A DNA stretch of 64,000 bases from NCBI RefSeq assembly GCF_018350175.1, contig NC_058368.1:101806001-101870000 (forward strand), written 5' to 3'. Origin of the DNA: Felis catus (Eukaryota). Positions 24,976-37,699 of this stretch are shown here, piece by piece (positions within the stretch are counted from its first letter, which is position 1; each line of letters starts with the position of its first letter). The notes under the pieces are model-generated. The model did not search any database and was not told the origin of the DNA. It was given only the letters and a program-made list of their open reading frames with translations. The position numbers and the translations under genes were made by a program.

Positions 24976-25345
24976 AAAGGGCTAAAACTATTATTTAGTT
25001 TCTGTTTGTATACAAAATAATGACTTTACTAATGACATTATTAAAATTAAACAGTAGAGAAAATTATCTAAATTAAAAATTTTAAATAAACCAAAATAGT
25101 TATCCAGATATTACAAATGGAACAATTTGATGAGCATGGATATATACAAATAAAAGTATATATAAAGACAGAGGCAGAATTTTATGAAAACCCTTATTTT
25201 CTCAAAAGCATGAGATTAATTTTTCTAATTCAAGGAAAAGAAGAAAAATGTGAATTGCTACATCACAAGCGCATGTTTCACTTCAAGAAAAAAGATTATG
25301 CAAAACCTAAAGAGGTTGGAGTTCATTTTAAAAGTCAAATTCTTA

Positions 25346-25544
25346 GGGGCACCTGGGTGCCTCAGTCAGTTACGTGTCCGACTTCGGCTCAGGTCATGGT
25401 CTCACAGTTTGTGAGTTCAAGCCCTGTGCTGGGTTCTGACAGCCCAGAGCCTGGAGCCTGCTTCAGAGTCTTTCTCTCTCTCTTTCTCTGCCCCTTACCC
25501 ACTTGTCCTCTCTAAGATAAACAAACATTTAAAACATTTTTTTA
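25346..25544 (+). mobile_element. Can-SINE
   Basis: TSD AAAAGTCAAATTCTT (25330-25344 / 25545-25559). Confidence 0.95.
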
Positions 25545-25762
25545 AAAAGTCAAATTCTTTAACTTTAGACAGTATTGACCCATGGCCTCCTATGAAAGAT
25601 GTTGACATCCAAATATTAGGGTATTAAAAAATTCCCGTTTCATTCTTTCTTCCTTACCTCCTGGTTTATAACATTTGCACTGTATTCTGTAATCCTATTC
25701 CTTAGTTTTTAAAGTATGGATGGCATATTTCTCTACTTTTATATATCCATCTCTCTATTCTT

Positions 25763-25977
25763 TTTTTTCCCCAACGTTTATTTATTTCTGGGACAGAGAG
25801 AGACAGAGCATGAACGGGGGAGGAGCAGAGAGAGAGGGAGACACAGAATCGGAAACAGGCTCCAGGCTCTGAGCCATCATCAGCCCGGAGCTCGATGCGG
25901 GGCTCGAACTCACGGACCGCGAGATCGTGACCTGGCTGAAGTCGGACGCTTAACCGACTGCGCCACCCAGGCGCCCC
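25763..25977 (-). mobile_element. Young Can-SINE (SINEC_Fc-like)
   Basis: Perfect TSD TCCATCTCTCTATTCTT (25746-25762 / 25978-25994). Confidence 0.97.
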
Positions 25978-26109
25978 TCCATCTCTCTATTCTTAAAGTC
26001 TCCGTTTTTATTTAGTTAGAACAAACTTTGATGTTTTCATTACTTTTTATGAGAATGCCTCATGGATGGGTATTTCTTGAGGTTTTGTATCCAGTGCAAT
26101 ACATATTCA

Positions 26110-26555
26110 ATCAAGGTATACCAGGGAATTGGGACAATCAGTCCTGGTGTTTCAAGAAGGGTGGAATTTGATGGAAGGAGTTAGATGTTTACTCAACTAT
26201 TGAAAAAGAGCGCTGTAAGTCAAGGAAGCCGACATTTAAGAAAGCAGGAAGGACAGAAACCAGAGGAAGCCACCACTGCTAACTTCAGTGGCCTCTAGCA
26301 TCCACGTAAGTGATATTCAAGAGGATGCTGAGAAGTTGCCATAGGCTGGAACCCACATGCTTGCCTGCTGCCAGCACGAAGCCATGGTCGCTTTTGCACC
26401 TGTTCTGCCTTCTACATCTTGTGCCAGTTCCTGGCAGAATCCAGTCTGGAACTTGGCTGGCTGAGATGGGAGAAAACAGTATTTCCAGTCTTGATGCCTT
26501 AAAATAGGGGTGTGGGGTGGGCTACATAAAAGGGTCAAAATAACGCCTGGTCACA
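26110..26555 (-). mobile_element. Ancient ERVL-type LTR (LTR33/LTR41-like)
   Basis: GGTGTTTCAAGAAGGGTGGAATTTGATGGAAGGAGTTAGATG and TTCTGCCTTC...GCCAGT...TGGCAGAATCCAG...GGCTGGC motifs; boundaries approximate. Confidence 0.6.
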
Positions 26556-26984
26556 ACAGACAATTCTGACTTCTCTGAGCATTCTGGAAGCATACATTCT
26601 TTCCCAGAGAGATCTTCACCTGTGGCTACTGGCATTGACTACTACTAGCGAGCCTGGTTCCTTTCTTCCCATCCCACGACTTTATTATTTTTTTAAAACC
26701 TAGGTAGGAAAGAAATTTATTTTTGAAGCTCAATAATATCATTCAGACTCGTGCTATTTGTGTCTAAGTATATGAAAGAGCCTGTGTTTTCAAGTTCTTA
26801 CCACAGGCGGCCATACAGTTTGCACAGACCAATGGAGTGTGAGGAGAAATGGCATGGGAGCATGAAGAATAAACATATCTAACAATTTTAAAAGGTATTA
26901 CCTACCAAAATTTATAGTGGTCATTCCATTATGGTAATATTTTTATTTCTCAATATCTGTTCTAGGGCAGCGTTCAACCATGAG

Positions 26985-27445
26985 CACAGAGACATATACA
27001 CGTGTTTAGTGCACTATTGTTCATTTGTAACAGTGGACCACTGGGAATAATTCGATATTGATTAGTAGGGTAATAAATAAATGATAGGAATATCCAGAAT
27101 CTGGACTACTAAGTATTATGTTGCACAGGTCTATATCTAAGACTTTAAAAGATCTTCAAGAGGTTGTTAAAATGTAGTTAAGTTAAAAAAAGCAAGTTGC
27201 AGAAAAAAATTAAAATTCCACATATGTGAAACACCAAATTTATGTGTTATGCATGTATGTACATAGCAAGAAAAGGTAGAAGAATAAATTTAATCATAGT
27301 AAGTATGGTTAGTTCTGGAGTGGTGAAGGCTTCGGAGCCTGAGGAATGGGGTAGGAAGGCATTTAACCTTATGTCATTCTGTATTGTTATTTCTTACGGT
27401 GGTAACATATTTGTGTTTTACTATGTAATAAATAAAGTAAAAGCT
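26985..27445 (+). mobile_element. Ancient L1 (L1ME-like) 3' end
   Basis: AAAAAAGCAAGTTGCAGAA, AAGGTAGAAGAATA, GGTTAGTTCTGGAG, terminal AATAAA. Confidence 0.7.
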
Positions 27446-27537
27446 TAAACAACACCTTATTGCTTAATGGATATCCCTTAAACACTGTTTTGGTGGGTGA
27501 AGTGAGGAGAGAATTGGGACGAAAGAAACAAAAGGAA

Positions 27538-27740
27538 ACCATCATTTATTGAGTGAATATGTCTGTTGCTGTGTCAGGTATTCTACTTAGGGATGTTCAT
27601 GCCAGTCCCTGAGATAAAACAGTGTAATCCACTTGTCAGAGATGAAGAAACACATTCCATAATCATTACTTAATCCACTAGCACCCTACTGGCAAATGGC
27701 AGAGCCAAGGTCAAGACCCAAGATGTCTCTAAATGCCATA
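27538..27740 (-). mobile_element. MIR SINE
   Basis: CATTTATTGAGTG...AGATGAAGAAACAC...AAATGGCAGAGCCAAGG...ACCCA. Confidence 0.75.
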
Positions 27741-28805
27741 TTGTTACACTTCCTAAGATAAGCCAACGATGGTTAAACAGGCTTCATTTATTTTTAACAA
27801 CTTCAGTAAGCAATGTATTTGGAAGAGAGCAACCAACAGCGTGGGCAGCACGGATAGGAATGCCCAATTAACCTTGCCTTCTCCTATTTCTGTAGTACCT
27901 CGTGCTTCTCCCTAACTCTCAGTTCCTCCATAAGTTTTTATGGTCTTTCTTCTTCTCCTGACTCTTCCAGACTTGTTTATTCTTTTTACCAGACTCCTGC
28001 TCCTAGATATTCTTTGACTTTGAGTTACTCATTTTTCACTAAGAGTTCTGTTCCTTATATTCTCTGGGCCGAGGAGAAATTAAATGTCATTATGTGGACT
28101 AAACTTAAAATGTATGAACCAAGAGTATTTGATATTTTAATAATAGATCCCATCCTAGATGATCCTAAAGGTGATTTTTAAATTATCAAAGGGAAAAGGA
28201 TCTAGTCCAGATAGTATCCCAAGAGAATCTTATGAAGTTTTTCTATCTAATTTTAGCTGCTTTATTAACTTGGGCCATCAAACCAAAATAATTCTTCCTC
28301 TATGTACTCAGCAAGTTAATATTGAGCTGGGATTTTCCAGAAGACATGACAAGAGTTCATAACTTTGTTATCTGTCTAAATAACCTCGTAAAATCATACC
28401 AAGGATACTAATAGTGCTAGAAACTATATGGATAACATAAATGAAAACATCCTAATCTATTTTATAACTAGTGAGGGATGGCTTCTGGTAATTTACATAA
28501 AGCCTTTATAAGTATTTTCATTTTTTAGTCTCCCACACTTAAATGAAAACAAAGATTTTGCTATTGGTGTGTGGAGAGAAAAGACAACAAATAAATGCCC
28601 AAAACTCTAAATGCTCATCCCTTGTTGTATGGATCTAGGTTCTAGAATTCTCTCCCTCGGAATGCAACTATTCGAGTACAAATGGAGCTGATATTTCACT
28701 GAGGCAATGAATGTCGACTGAACCTGCCTCAACCCGACTACACCTCAAACTTTTATTATGCTTCTCTCCACCCAGGTCCATAAAGCTTCTCAGTGACCCC
28801 AGCTT

Positions 28806-28825
28806 TGGTCCACCAGAGGGAGGCC
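28806..28825 (+). promoter_or_regulatory. Candidate CTCF motif
   Basis: TGGTCCACCAGAGGGAGGCC resembles the CCASYAGRKGGCRS core with one deviation; motif only. Confidence 0.3.
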
Positions 28826-29294
28826 ATGTCTTGGAATTCTCTCATCCATAGCTGCCGCAATGAACTTGAGAGATGGATCTCTTTTTGGCTTATAGCCTCC
28901 TATATCTCAGGGATCGAAAAGGGGATCTATGTTTGGCCAAGCTGTTTCATGTTACCTAGAGAGAGAATGTTACTAATCCAAATTACTCTCTGACTGTGAC
29001 ACATCCATCAGTAGAAAGCTATCTGACACGTTCAGCTAAACTATTCTCGCTGCCTGAGTGCTGGGATTGTGGGTATTTTCCATGACAGAAAAACTGTAGC
29101 CATGTTTTGAAGGAAAAGGACTGATACAAAGGCTGTGAACCTGTTTTGCACTTTTCATTCCAATCCTCAAGGTTAGATAACGGACAGAAATTGAAAGAAA
29201 ACTACGTTCCTGAATTAAATGCACAAGTGTCTATGAAGTAGCTTGAAGTGGTCAAGTTGAACACAAGGTCCTACACAATCTTCAAATTGTGGCA

Positions 29295-29375
29295 CTGAAA
29301 AGGATTGCGGAGATTATATAATTCAAACTCCTGATTTTACAGATGAGGAAGCAGCATCCCACAAGATGAAAGAAA
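29295..29375 (-). mobile_element. MIR3-like fragment
   Basis: GGAGATTATATAATTCAAACTCCTGATTTTACAGATGAGGAAGC. Confidence 0.65.
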
Positions 29376-30263
29376 ACGTGTGAAGCCAAAAGTGGTAATT
29401 CGAGGCAACATGAGGCTTGATTGAGTTACCTGACTCCTAATCTGATTCTATTCCTAAACTGCTTAATGAATCACTTTGACTCCATCGAAGGGAATTTCGA
29501 ACTTGGGAAAGTATACTTGTGGAACAACTGTTGTGCTGAATGGGTACAATAATTGATGCTATATCAATATAATGTCTGTTTTTTAGTAAGTGAAATATTA
29601 TAGGTATCCTTGGGCATTTATATTGCACATTGATACAGGTTTATAATTTCCTATCTCGCATCAGACTTTGACACTATCTATTATTCCATATGTGTGCAGT
29701 TCTTAGCATTATAATCATAATCTCTTATATTACTTTACTTGAACTTCTCAGCTTTAAAATTTTACATTAACCGTATGAGTGTATTTTTTTCCATTTTGCA
29801 AAGAATGAAATTGAGTCCCATAAAGGTTAAGCAATTGGAACTAGGATCCGTATCTTCACACTTTTCATTTTAGCTTGATAATCAGATATATCAGCGCTAT
29901 AAAGGGTCATAAAGATTAAAAAAAAATAACTGGCAAGCCAAGGTATCTTTTTAGGTCTTCATTTTTTCCTGTCTCTTCATTTTCAGATGACTGAGGAAGA
30001 GAACCAGACATGAGGCAGAGACCTCACGTTGATTTAGTAAATACTTCAAGTTTCGTGGCTGTCTTGCTAAGCAATTATTTTTTAGGAAGACCATTTACTG
30101 TTAAATTAAAACTATTCTTTGCTGCTATGATTATAACAATTTGTTTTTTACCAGGAAGGATAACTTGGAGGCCATTAAACGGATAACACTAATCTCATGA
30201 ATGTCTTGACATTAACAATTTTGACAATATTCTGACACTTGTCAAGACTCACTAAAATTAGTT

Positions 30264-30477
30264 GGGGCGCCTGGGTGGCTCAGTCGGTTGAGCGTCCAAC
30301 TTCGGCTCAGGTCATGATCTCGTGGTTTGTGAGTTCGAGGCCCGCATCGGGCTCTGTGCTGACAGCCCGGAGCCTGGAGCCTGCTTCAGATTCTGTGTCT
30401 CCCTCTCTCTGGCCCTTCCCCATTCATGCTCTGTCTGTCTCTCTCTCAAAAATAAATAAACATCCAAAAAAAAAAAA
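30264..30477 (+). mobile_element. Can-SINE (SINEC_Fc2-like)
   Basis: TSD AAGACTCACTAAAATT (30244-30259 / 30478-30493). Confidence 0.96.
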
Positions 30478-31379
30478 AAGACTCACTAAAATTGGAGGAT
30501 TCTTGTGTTGTTTTTAAGTATTATGATATATAAGACTTATGTGTGGTTTTGAGGAACAATGACTAAATCTTATACCCAATCAAAAGCTATTTTTAACATG
30601 ATTTAATTTTGAAGCTATACATGGTATCCAAATTAAAAATGGCCAAATAATATTAGAAAATATAAAATTTGGTACATGTCCTTGGATTCAAGGCTAAGAG
30701 CTTAATGCATGAGAAAGGGGTAACCTCTGTATCATCTGACATTATGTTTCTTTGAGGAGCCAAAAATCAAAATTTACTAAGAAGCTGTTAAAATAATTAA
30801 CATTCATTTTTATGTTAAGGAGAGGTCCAATTAGGTGGAGGAGAGGAAGCATTCCATTTTTGGTATAAAAACGTCCTTGTTATTTTTCTATTTTAATTCT
30901 CATGTATTTGCGATGGTATAGGTTTGGTGTTATGCCCCATGATTTCATCTCCTTGTGTGATAGAATTATAATTTGTTCTTAAGCTTGATGCAAATAAACA
31001 TATTCATTACTAGCTTACATGATTAAAGGCAGAACATATTTGTTCAACCTTCTCATCAAACCAAGCCAATGTGATGGCCACAATTTTGTAAGGCATAAAG
31101 GTTTAGAAAGAACCTTGACAAAAACAAAACTAAACAAAAACTAAAAATATAACTAAGTTACATTTTGTAGAAACAGGGTAGATGATGTATCCATTGAAGA
31201 GCCCCTCGAGTTAACTCTGGAGGTTTCGCATTATTGAATTTCTTTTGTGTACAGTTCTCCTCAGTTAGAAAACTCCCATAGCCACTTACAGTTCCTTAAA
31301 ATAATGAAGAGTTTAAAGAACTGTCTTTTCTAATCTGCTCAACTGAGAAAATTTAAAGACATATTAAAATCAGTTTCAC

Positions 31380-31620
31380 TTTAAAAATTCAGTTTTCAAA
31401 TGAAAGGCTGATTGCAATAATTGACATTAAGTGCTGTTTTGAGTAGCAAACCAGTGACTTGTTAATTGACATTAAACAGAAAAAGTTTGTGAAATGATAT
31501 TAAATTAACATTTACATTAAATTAATAAAAAATAGTTTGGAGTGTGAGAAAAGAACTTTCCCATTAGTGGGAATTTCCATTAATAGAGTTGATATTAAAT
31601 GAACTTGGTAACAGTAGGCA
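31380..31620. promoter_or_regulatory. Candidate enhancer-like motif cluster
   Basis: TAATTGACATTAA at 31418 and 31463, many TAAT/ATTA, GGGAATTTCC at 31569-31578, in sequence with no recognisable TE. Confidence 0.35.
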
Positions 31621-34600
31621 AGGGGGAAAAGACGTCTGGAAATGAAAGAAACTCAGCGAGCAGAGAAGAAACTGCTAGAAATGGCATCAGCTTCAAAAGA
31701 AAAGACTTGATTTTTATTAATGAGGTAGTTAAAGAAATGGCACGAACCGCTTAGCCAAGAAATAAAAATGAAGGTTCTCTTCCATGGCCCAGAGAAAATT
31801 TTTTATAAGCCACAGCTTTCAAAGGCCCATTATCATCATGTTTTGGAAAAAAGTAGTTGTTTCAACAGGCTTGATTTAAGAGAACCGTTTTTGTGGTATT
31901 TGTTTCTCAGGTTTTCTGAGCATCAATAAAGTCTCAGACGTTTGCTGACTAAGGTATGTAAGTATTGAATGTTTAATCTATGTTTACAGAGTCATTATGT
32001 AAGTCTATGTGGCAGTATGACCTCAATGAAAAGGAAAAAAATTAGGGAGAAATTTCTATAAGCAGCGATCATCCAAACACCTGCTTTTGCCTTCCTAGGA
32101 AAGGTAAGTCCAAATAGGTTTTGTGGAGTTCATATAATTATGCCTCAAAATGCTACTTTCCTATGAGCACCATTAGGATTATCGTAAGTTAGAAACGAGA
32201 GAGCCGATCCCAATGATTGATGGTTTCAGTATCGTGCCTATTGCCAAAAACAGAAGCTTCAAAATGCCCATTACTCATTTTGACGGGACTCGGCTAATCA
32301 GATACACCACCCTTAATTTCACTTCTAAAGCTGAGGACATAGACAATGATGGACAGGAAAAAATTCTGCGGTTGGTGTTGGTGAAGGCATCAGCACCCAC
32401 TTTCCGGGATGGCCTTACCCAGCGGAGCAAGCTACGGCATGTAACATCCAGTCACTGGTGTTGGTGACCCGAGTTATAGACAACACTAGCCAGTCACAGT
32501 AGTCACAGTGTTCTCACTGCACTGGGTCCCCGGCAGGTCTTGCTGTGGCACTGGCTATATGGCTTCCCTCTGTTCTGAGCCAGGTTGGCCCCTATTCTCG
32601 GTGAATCTGTGACCTAGCTTTTCAAGTTCAATAATTGCCCTTTCTCTTGAATAAGCCTGCATGAGTCTCTGTTGGTTGCAAATAAGAACCTCACCGATAC
32701 GAGTAACTTGCATTTCATTATACGGGAATATCACAATACATGCTGGGTATTCAATAAATATTTGTTGAATGAATCGAAAACGTGAGTAAGACTCTTGATT
32801 CTCAAATATCAATTTACCTTATCTTGACACTCGTGTCACTGCTAATAAATGAAATGTCTCGAGAAAATGTATAAGCTGTCCTTGAAATACCTTTACCACT
32901 GACAGGCAGCTTTGAGCAGTCTCAGTGAGAACGGCATGGAAAACTACACTGACACTCCAGTGCGAAGCTTGAAATTTTTGCGATCCAGATTGCAGAGACG
33001 TGTGCCAAAGCACACTGGAGGGTAACAGAACCTGTTACCTTTCAGGGTACACCATCTCTGACTCAACACAGACATCGTTACTAATTTCAGCGGTTCCACT
33101 CCAAAAAAAACCCAAAAAAAACCAAAAAACACCTGCCTCATCTACTAACCTTAATTTCTACTTTGGGCACTGCATACACAATGCAGATAAAACTGTCTGT
33201 TGGCACTGAAATGCACCCAGTAGGGAGTTTCATTTGTCCTTTTACTTGGGGTGTGCACAAACCCATCGCTACAATTACCGCCTCATGCTACGTATTGAGT
33301 GTTTATATTTTCTGCCTCAAGGACATTTTTTCCCAGCATGGTCATTCCATGTTTCTGTGTACAGAAACACAACACTGTCCTTTTTCCCATCTGTTCCCTG
33401 GGCTGGTTTTGGTTATTATTCCCTATAGGAAAGGACAACATTGTCTTCTGAGTTTTCTTGCATTGGTGCCACGTGGGACATGCAATGATTCTATTGGAGA
33501 AGCTAAGAACTTCCTTTAGAACATGTTCGCTCATTCCTAATGACTCTCCTTCATTTTTGTGAAATACCATTTCATTAGGCCATCTTCGTAATTCATCTCA
33601 ACACCTGTCGGGACACAGAGCACAGAGCGTCATCTAGTAACTCAGAATAAACTTGGAAGAGCCCGTAGCTAATGATACAATAATCCGACTATGTCAAATG
33701 AGTGTTGTAGACTGTAACCGTGGGTTACAGGAAGGAATCCTAGACAATCAGGACTTGATCTCAACAGAGTGGGGACTGCAGTGTGCAAAGTCCCTCAACA
33801 GGTGGACGCTGTGTGGCCCTGGGGGCAGGGTGGAAGGATGCTGAGAAGTCGGGATGTTTGGTTCCTCAAAATTTCAATAAAATATTTCTCCCTTCCCTTC
33901 TTCACACACTGGGTTAGACTTGACTTCACCGGGCAGATGTCTCCAGTTACAAAGTGAGGACAAAAGGCCAATGAGTTTTCAGATTTCATCTGGTCCTAAT
34001 CCACTTGCTATACCGAGGGTCACTGGACATTTTTTTTTTTAAATGTTCACTCAGTTCTTCATATTATTTTATCAAACTCTAATTTTATGAAAGAATAAGA
34101 AACTGAAGAAAATAGTTGAGATTCCAGGAAGCAAGGCAGATCCCCCAGGTGCCCATGATTAGAATGAACTCAACAGAGTTCACGGTACGTTAAATGTCAA
34201 CTAAACAGAGCTGCGATTGTGAGTTGGTTTCACTTGACAGCTATGGGGTTTATTTCCAGCCACTTCCCATTGGAAAGGTCAACCAATCACAGTAATTAAG
34301 AATTCTTTTGTATTAGTCTTACAGAGCTTGGAAAGACCAGTAAATATTCTCAACTTCGAAGATGTAGTTTCTACAGAGAGAGCGTCCATCTTAACCTGGG
34401 ATTTTTCTGAAATGGAAGTAATTTTCAGGTTTTGAGTCTTAAGCATGCTTATCCTCACTTGCACTGTGGAGGCTGATTTTACAGTAATGTTTTTGATAGT
34501 CAAAGTTAACAAAAAGAAAGCCTCTGAAAACCAGACAATCTACGACATTAAATACATGAACACTCAGAGATTACAATACTTATGAAAGCTCAAGCATTTC

Positions 34601-34859
34601 AGATGCCGTTTTAGAAAATGTACAGGGAATCTTACTTTCCAATCAACATCAGCCTAAATGATAGCAATTCTTCGCTGAAAGCAATTTTCTGCTGAGTTTA
34701 TATGTATGTGTATGTGTGTTTAGCAAAAACATAAATTGCAAAATTTTATTTTTTGCAGGAAAAAAAAACCCAACTGCTAGGAAGCCTGAATAGGTAGAGA
34801 TTGAGGGTATATACAAGGAGCAATTTCTGACTGTCAAACTCAGGGCCTCTGCCCTGGCT

Positions 34860-35040
34860 CATGTTATCCTCTCTCAACTTCTGTTTACTGGCTTTACCAC
34901 CATGTAACACATTACGTATTTTATTTAATTATAGTCTCTGCCAAAGAGGTCAGAGGTGTTTGTTTTGGTCACTGCTTCATCCCCAAACCTAGAAGGATCC
35001 TGACACACAGTGGGATCTCAATAAATACTTATTGAATGAG
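34860..35040 (+). mobile_element. L2 3' end
   Basis: TTTGTTTTGGTCACTGCTTCATCCCCAAACCTAGAA...CTCAATAAATACTTATTGAATG. Confidence 0.8.
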
Positions 35041-35160
35041 AGAGGAGGAAGTAAATCTTACTTCCGTCAAGAGCTGTCTTTTCAAACATATTCAAGTCTC
35101 TACTGTATCTACTTATCTTGGAAAAGGAAGGGTGAACGTCTACGCATAGTTTTACCAGGG

Positions 35161-35390
35161 TTTTTAAAAATTTATTTCATTTAAAACATTTTTAATGTTT
35201 TATTTATTTTTTGAGAGAGAAAGAAAGAGGAAGCAGAGGGAGGGGCAGAAAGAGAGGGAGACACAGAATCCGAAGCAGGCTCCAGGTTCTGAGCTGTCAG
35301 CACAGAGCCCAATGCGGGGCTCGAACTCACAGACCGTGAGATCATGACCTGACCCAAAGTCAGATGGCTAACCAAGTCACCCAGGTGCCC
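35161..35390 (-). mobile_element. Can-SINE
   Basis: Reverse-complement SINE ending CCAGGTGCCC. Confidence 0.94.
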
Positions 35391-35913
35391 TACCAGTTTC
35401 AATCTAAAACTACAGGAAGGAGGGAGAAGTTGATGGTCCTGTCACGTTAACAACAACATGCAACAAAGAAGGTATGTGAATTATTGAGTGAGAGGGGAAA
35501 TGTCAGGCCACAGTCTAAGAGTATTGAGAACTATCAGTGGCTTATAGTGTGGAGCAGAAATCTTTCAAGAATAACTTCTCTCTCCTCCTTCTCCTTCCTC
35601 TCCTGGATCCATGGGTCTTAACATAGGCAAGAGCTTTGCCCTGCTTAGGTTTCTGTCTCACGCTCTGTACAACTGGTCCTTTCCTTCTCCAATCCTTAGG
35701 GAAGAACTCTGGCTGTGTCAAATTAAACCAATTGGTGACCTGTAGAAGAGTAAGCCTTATTCCATGGACAGAGTCACATTGTGTTAATTTTAGGGGTGAT
35801 CAAATATCATCCCAAATGGGTGCTACAGTAACCACTTAGTTTTTGAACTATGGTTTACTGAGCCCTAAGTGGGTTTCATTGTAATGACACTCTCTTAAAA
35901 ATAAGCTTTTTCA

Positions 35914-36073
35914 GGGGCGCCTGGGTGGCTCAGTCGGTTGAGTGTCTGACTCTTGATTTTGACTCAGGTCATGATCTCATAGTTAGTGGGATTGAGCCCC
36001 ACATTGGGCTCTGTGCTGACAGTGCAGAGCCTGCTTGGGATTCTCCCTTTCCCTGTCTCTCTGACCCCTCCCA

Positions 36074-36142
<69 letters not shown>

Positions 36143-36162
36143 CTCTCAGAACAAATATTAAA
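35914..36162 (+). mobile_element. Older Can-SINE with expanded (CT)n (36079-36138)
   Basis: Head at 35914, long TC run, degenerate TSD AAAAATAA.CTT..TTCA. Confidence 0.94.
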
Positions 36163-36589
36163 AAAAATAATCTTAATTCAAAACTATCCCAAGAAAATAT
36201 TCTTTCCAAAAGAATGACTTAAATCTGTCTACAACAAAGCAAAAAAGAAAATGAAGCCTTTATGTCAACTATCAGAACATTTAAAAATCACACAAGGTTT
36301 TAGGATCAAGTAAGAGTAGGCCCAGAGTACGTATAAAGGGACAGATAAAGGGATGAAAAAGATTTGAGAATTCCAATGACTTTTTATTACTCTGAGCTGC
36401 TAACAGGAGAAATTCAACAACTGTTATTAAATCTTCTATTTGAGTCTGGATTCCAGCACTTGCTCAGCTCTAATGTCTATGATGGGAATTGGTGAGCTTT
36501 TCAGAGATCCTTGGAGAAGATCTCTGGATGAGAGACAATGCCTCTTTGAAAGATTCCCTGTAACCAAGTGAGTGAGACAGGTCTTCTTA

Positions 36590-36781
36590 AACATGTTTTA
36601 TTAAAAAAAATTTTTTTTTGCAGTTTGTTTACTGAGAGACAGAGCAAGAGAGGGAAAGAGAAAATTTCAGACAGACAATCCTAGGCAGGCTCCATGCTGT
36701 CAGCACAGAGCCAAATGCAGAGCTCGATCTCATGAACCAAGAGATCATGACTTGAGCTGAGATCGAGAATCAGACGCCCCC
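36590..36781 (-). mobile_element. Older Can-SINE with internal 5' deletion
   Basis: Reverse SINE body; head collapsed to CAGACGCCCC; TSD-like AGACAGGTCTTCT / AGACAGGCCTTTCT. Confidence 0.88.
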
Positions 36782-37699
36782 AGACAGGCCTTTCTGATAC
36801 CACAGGTAACCATGCTTTTCTGACCCACGGTGCTGCCCCCACATCTCACATTCTACCATCCACTGGATTCAATAAACTTCCTGAAAGGTCAGTCACTACC
36901 ACATTCTCCACTGATGAAGAGGGTTTGGTTCCAAAGAGTAACCTGCTGAAATCTAACTTCTTGAGTGATCATCTCCAATTATTTTGTTTTAGATTTGTCT
37001 CCTTAGTTGGTATGTAGGAACTTGCGTTTATAAACTCCCAGAGCATATGTTTAATAGGTTTTGTATTTTTCTTCTCCTCAAGTGACCAGAATTGTCCTTT
37101 TTACATATTTGGGTACATTTAATGATTTCTTAGCTCTGGCTAAGGTACCTGGCTCTGAAATATCTTTCTGTAAAATGTATTTTAATATATTCTCCCAAGT
37201 TTTAAATTTTTGTATAATTTGCCTGTAGGTTTTTAAAAGATGCATTTCATGGGTAATAAACTTGAAATTGTTGGCAGCTTTCGTTGGCTCTACCTTATAT
37301 AGCACAATATTTCTAATCAAAAAAAAATATTCTCTCTATAGATCCTGAAGGAGAGGAAGAAAATTTGCCTAAATCAGGGTTGTCCAATCTAGATATTCTC
37401 ATTTTAACTTTTTTGTGTTGAAAAATAAAATGTTCCACAAACACAGACTTTCGGAGATCCTCTCTTCCTGCTTCCATTTCAAACTATCTTACACTGAGGA
37501 ACGACTCTAAAACATAAATACCTATAAAGATATCACTATAACTTCTTGGATACTTTTCCAAATTTAGATGTCCTACCTGGGCGTTCTTAATTCTGTTTGA
37601 TTTCAGTAGAGAATACACATTTATTCAATTAAAAAGAGATCTATTAAAATGCTCTTCCCAATACTGGATTAAAATGAAAGAAGTTGGGGGGGGGCAACA

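Noticed and set aside
32085..32110. CCTAG-GAAAG-GTAAGT as a 5-nt microexon or recursive splice site (similar at 39111)
   Set aside because: Not the AG|GT recursive consensus; such motifs are expected by chance and there is no gene context.
32213..32467. 84-aa ORF in unique DNA (also 19370-19570 and 34279-34512)
   Set aside because: No recognisable homology or consistent exon chain; lengths within chance expectation.
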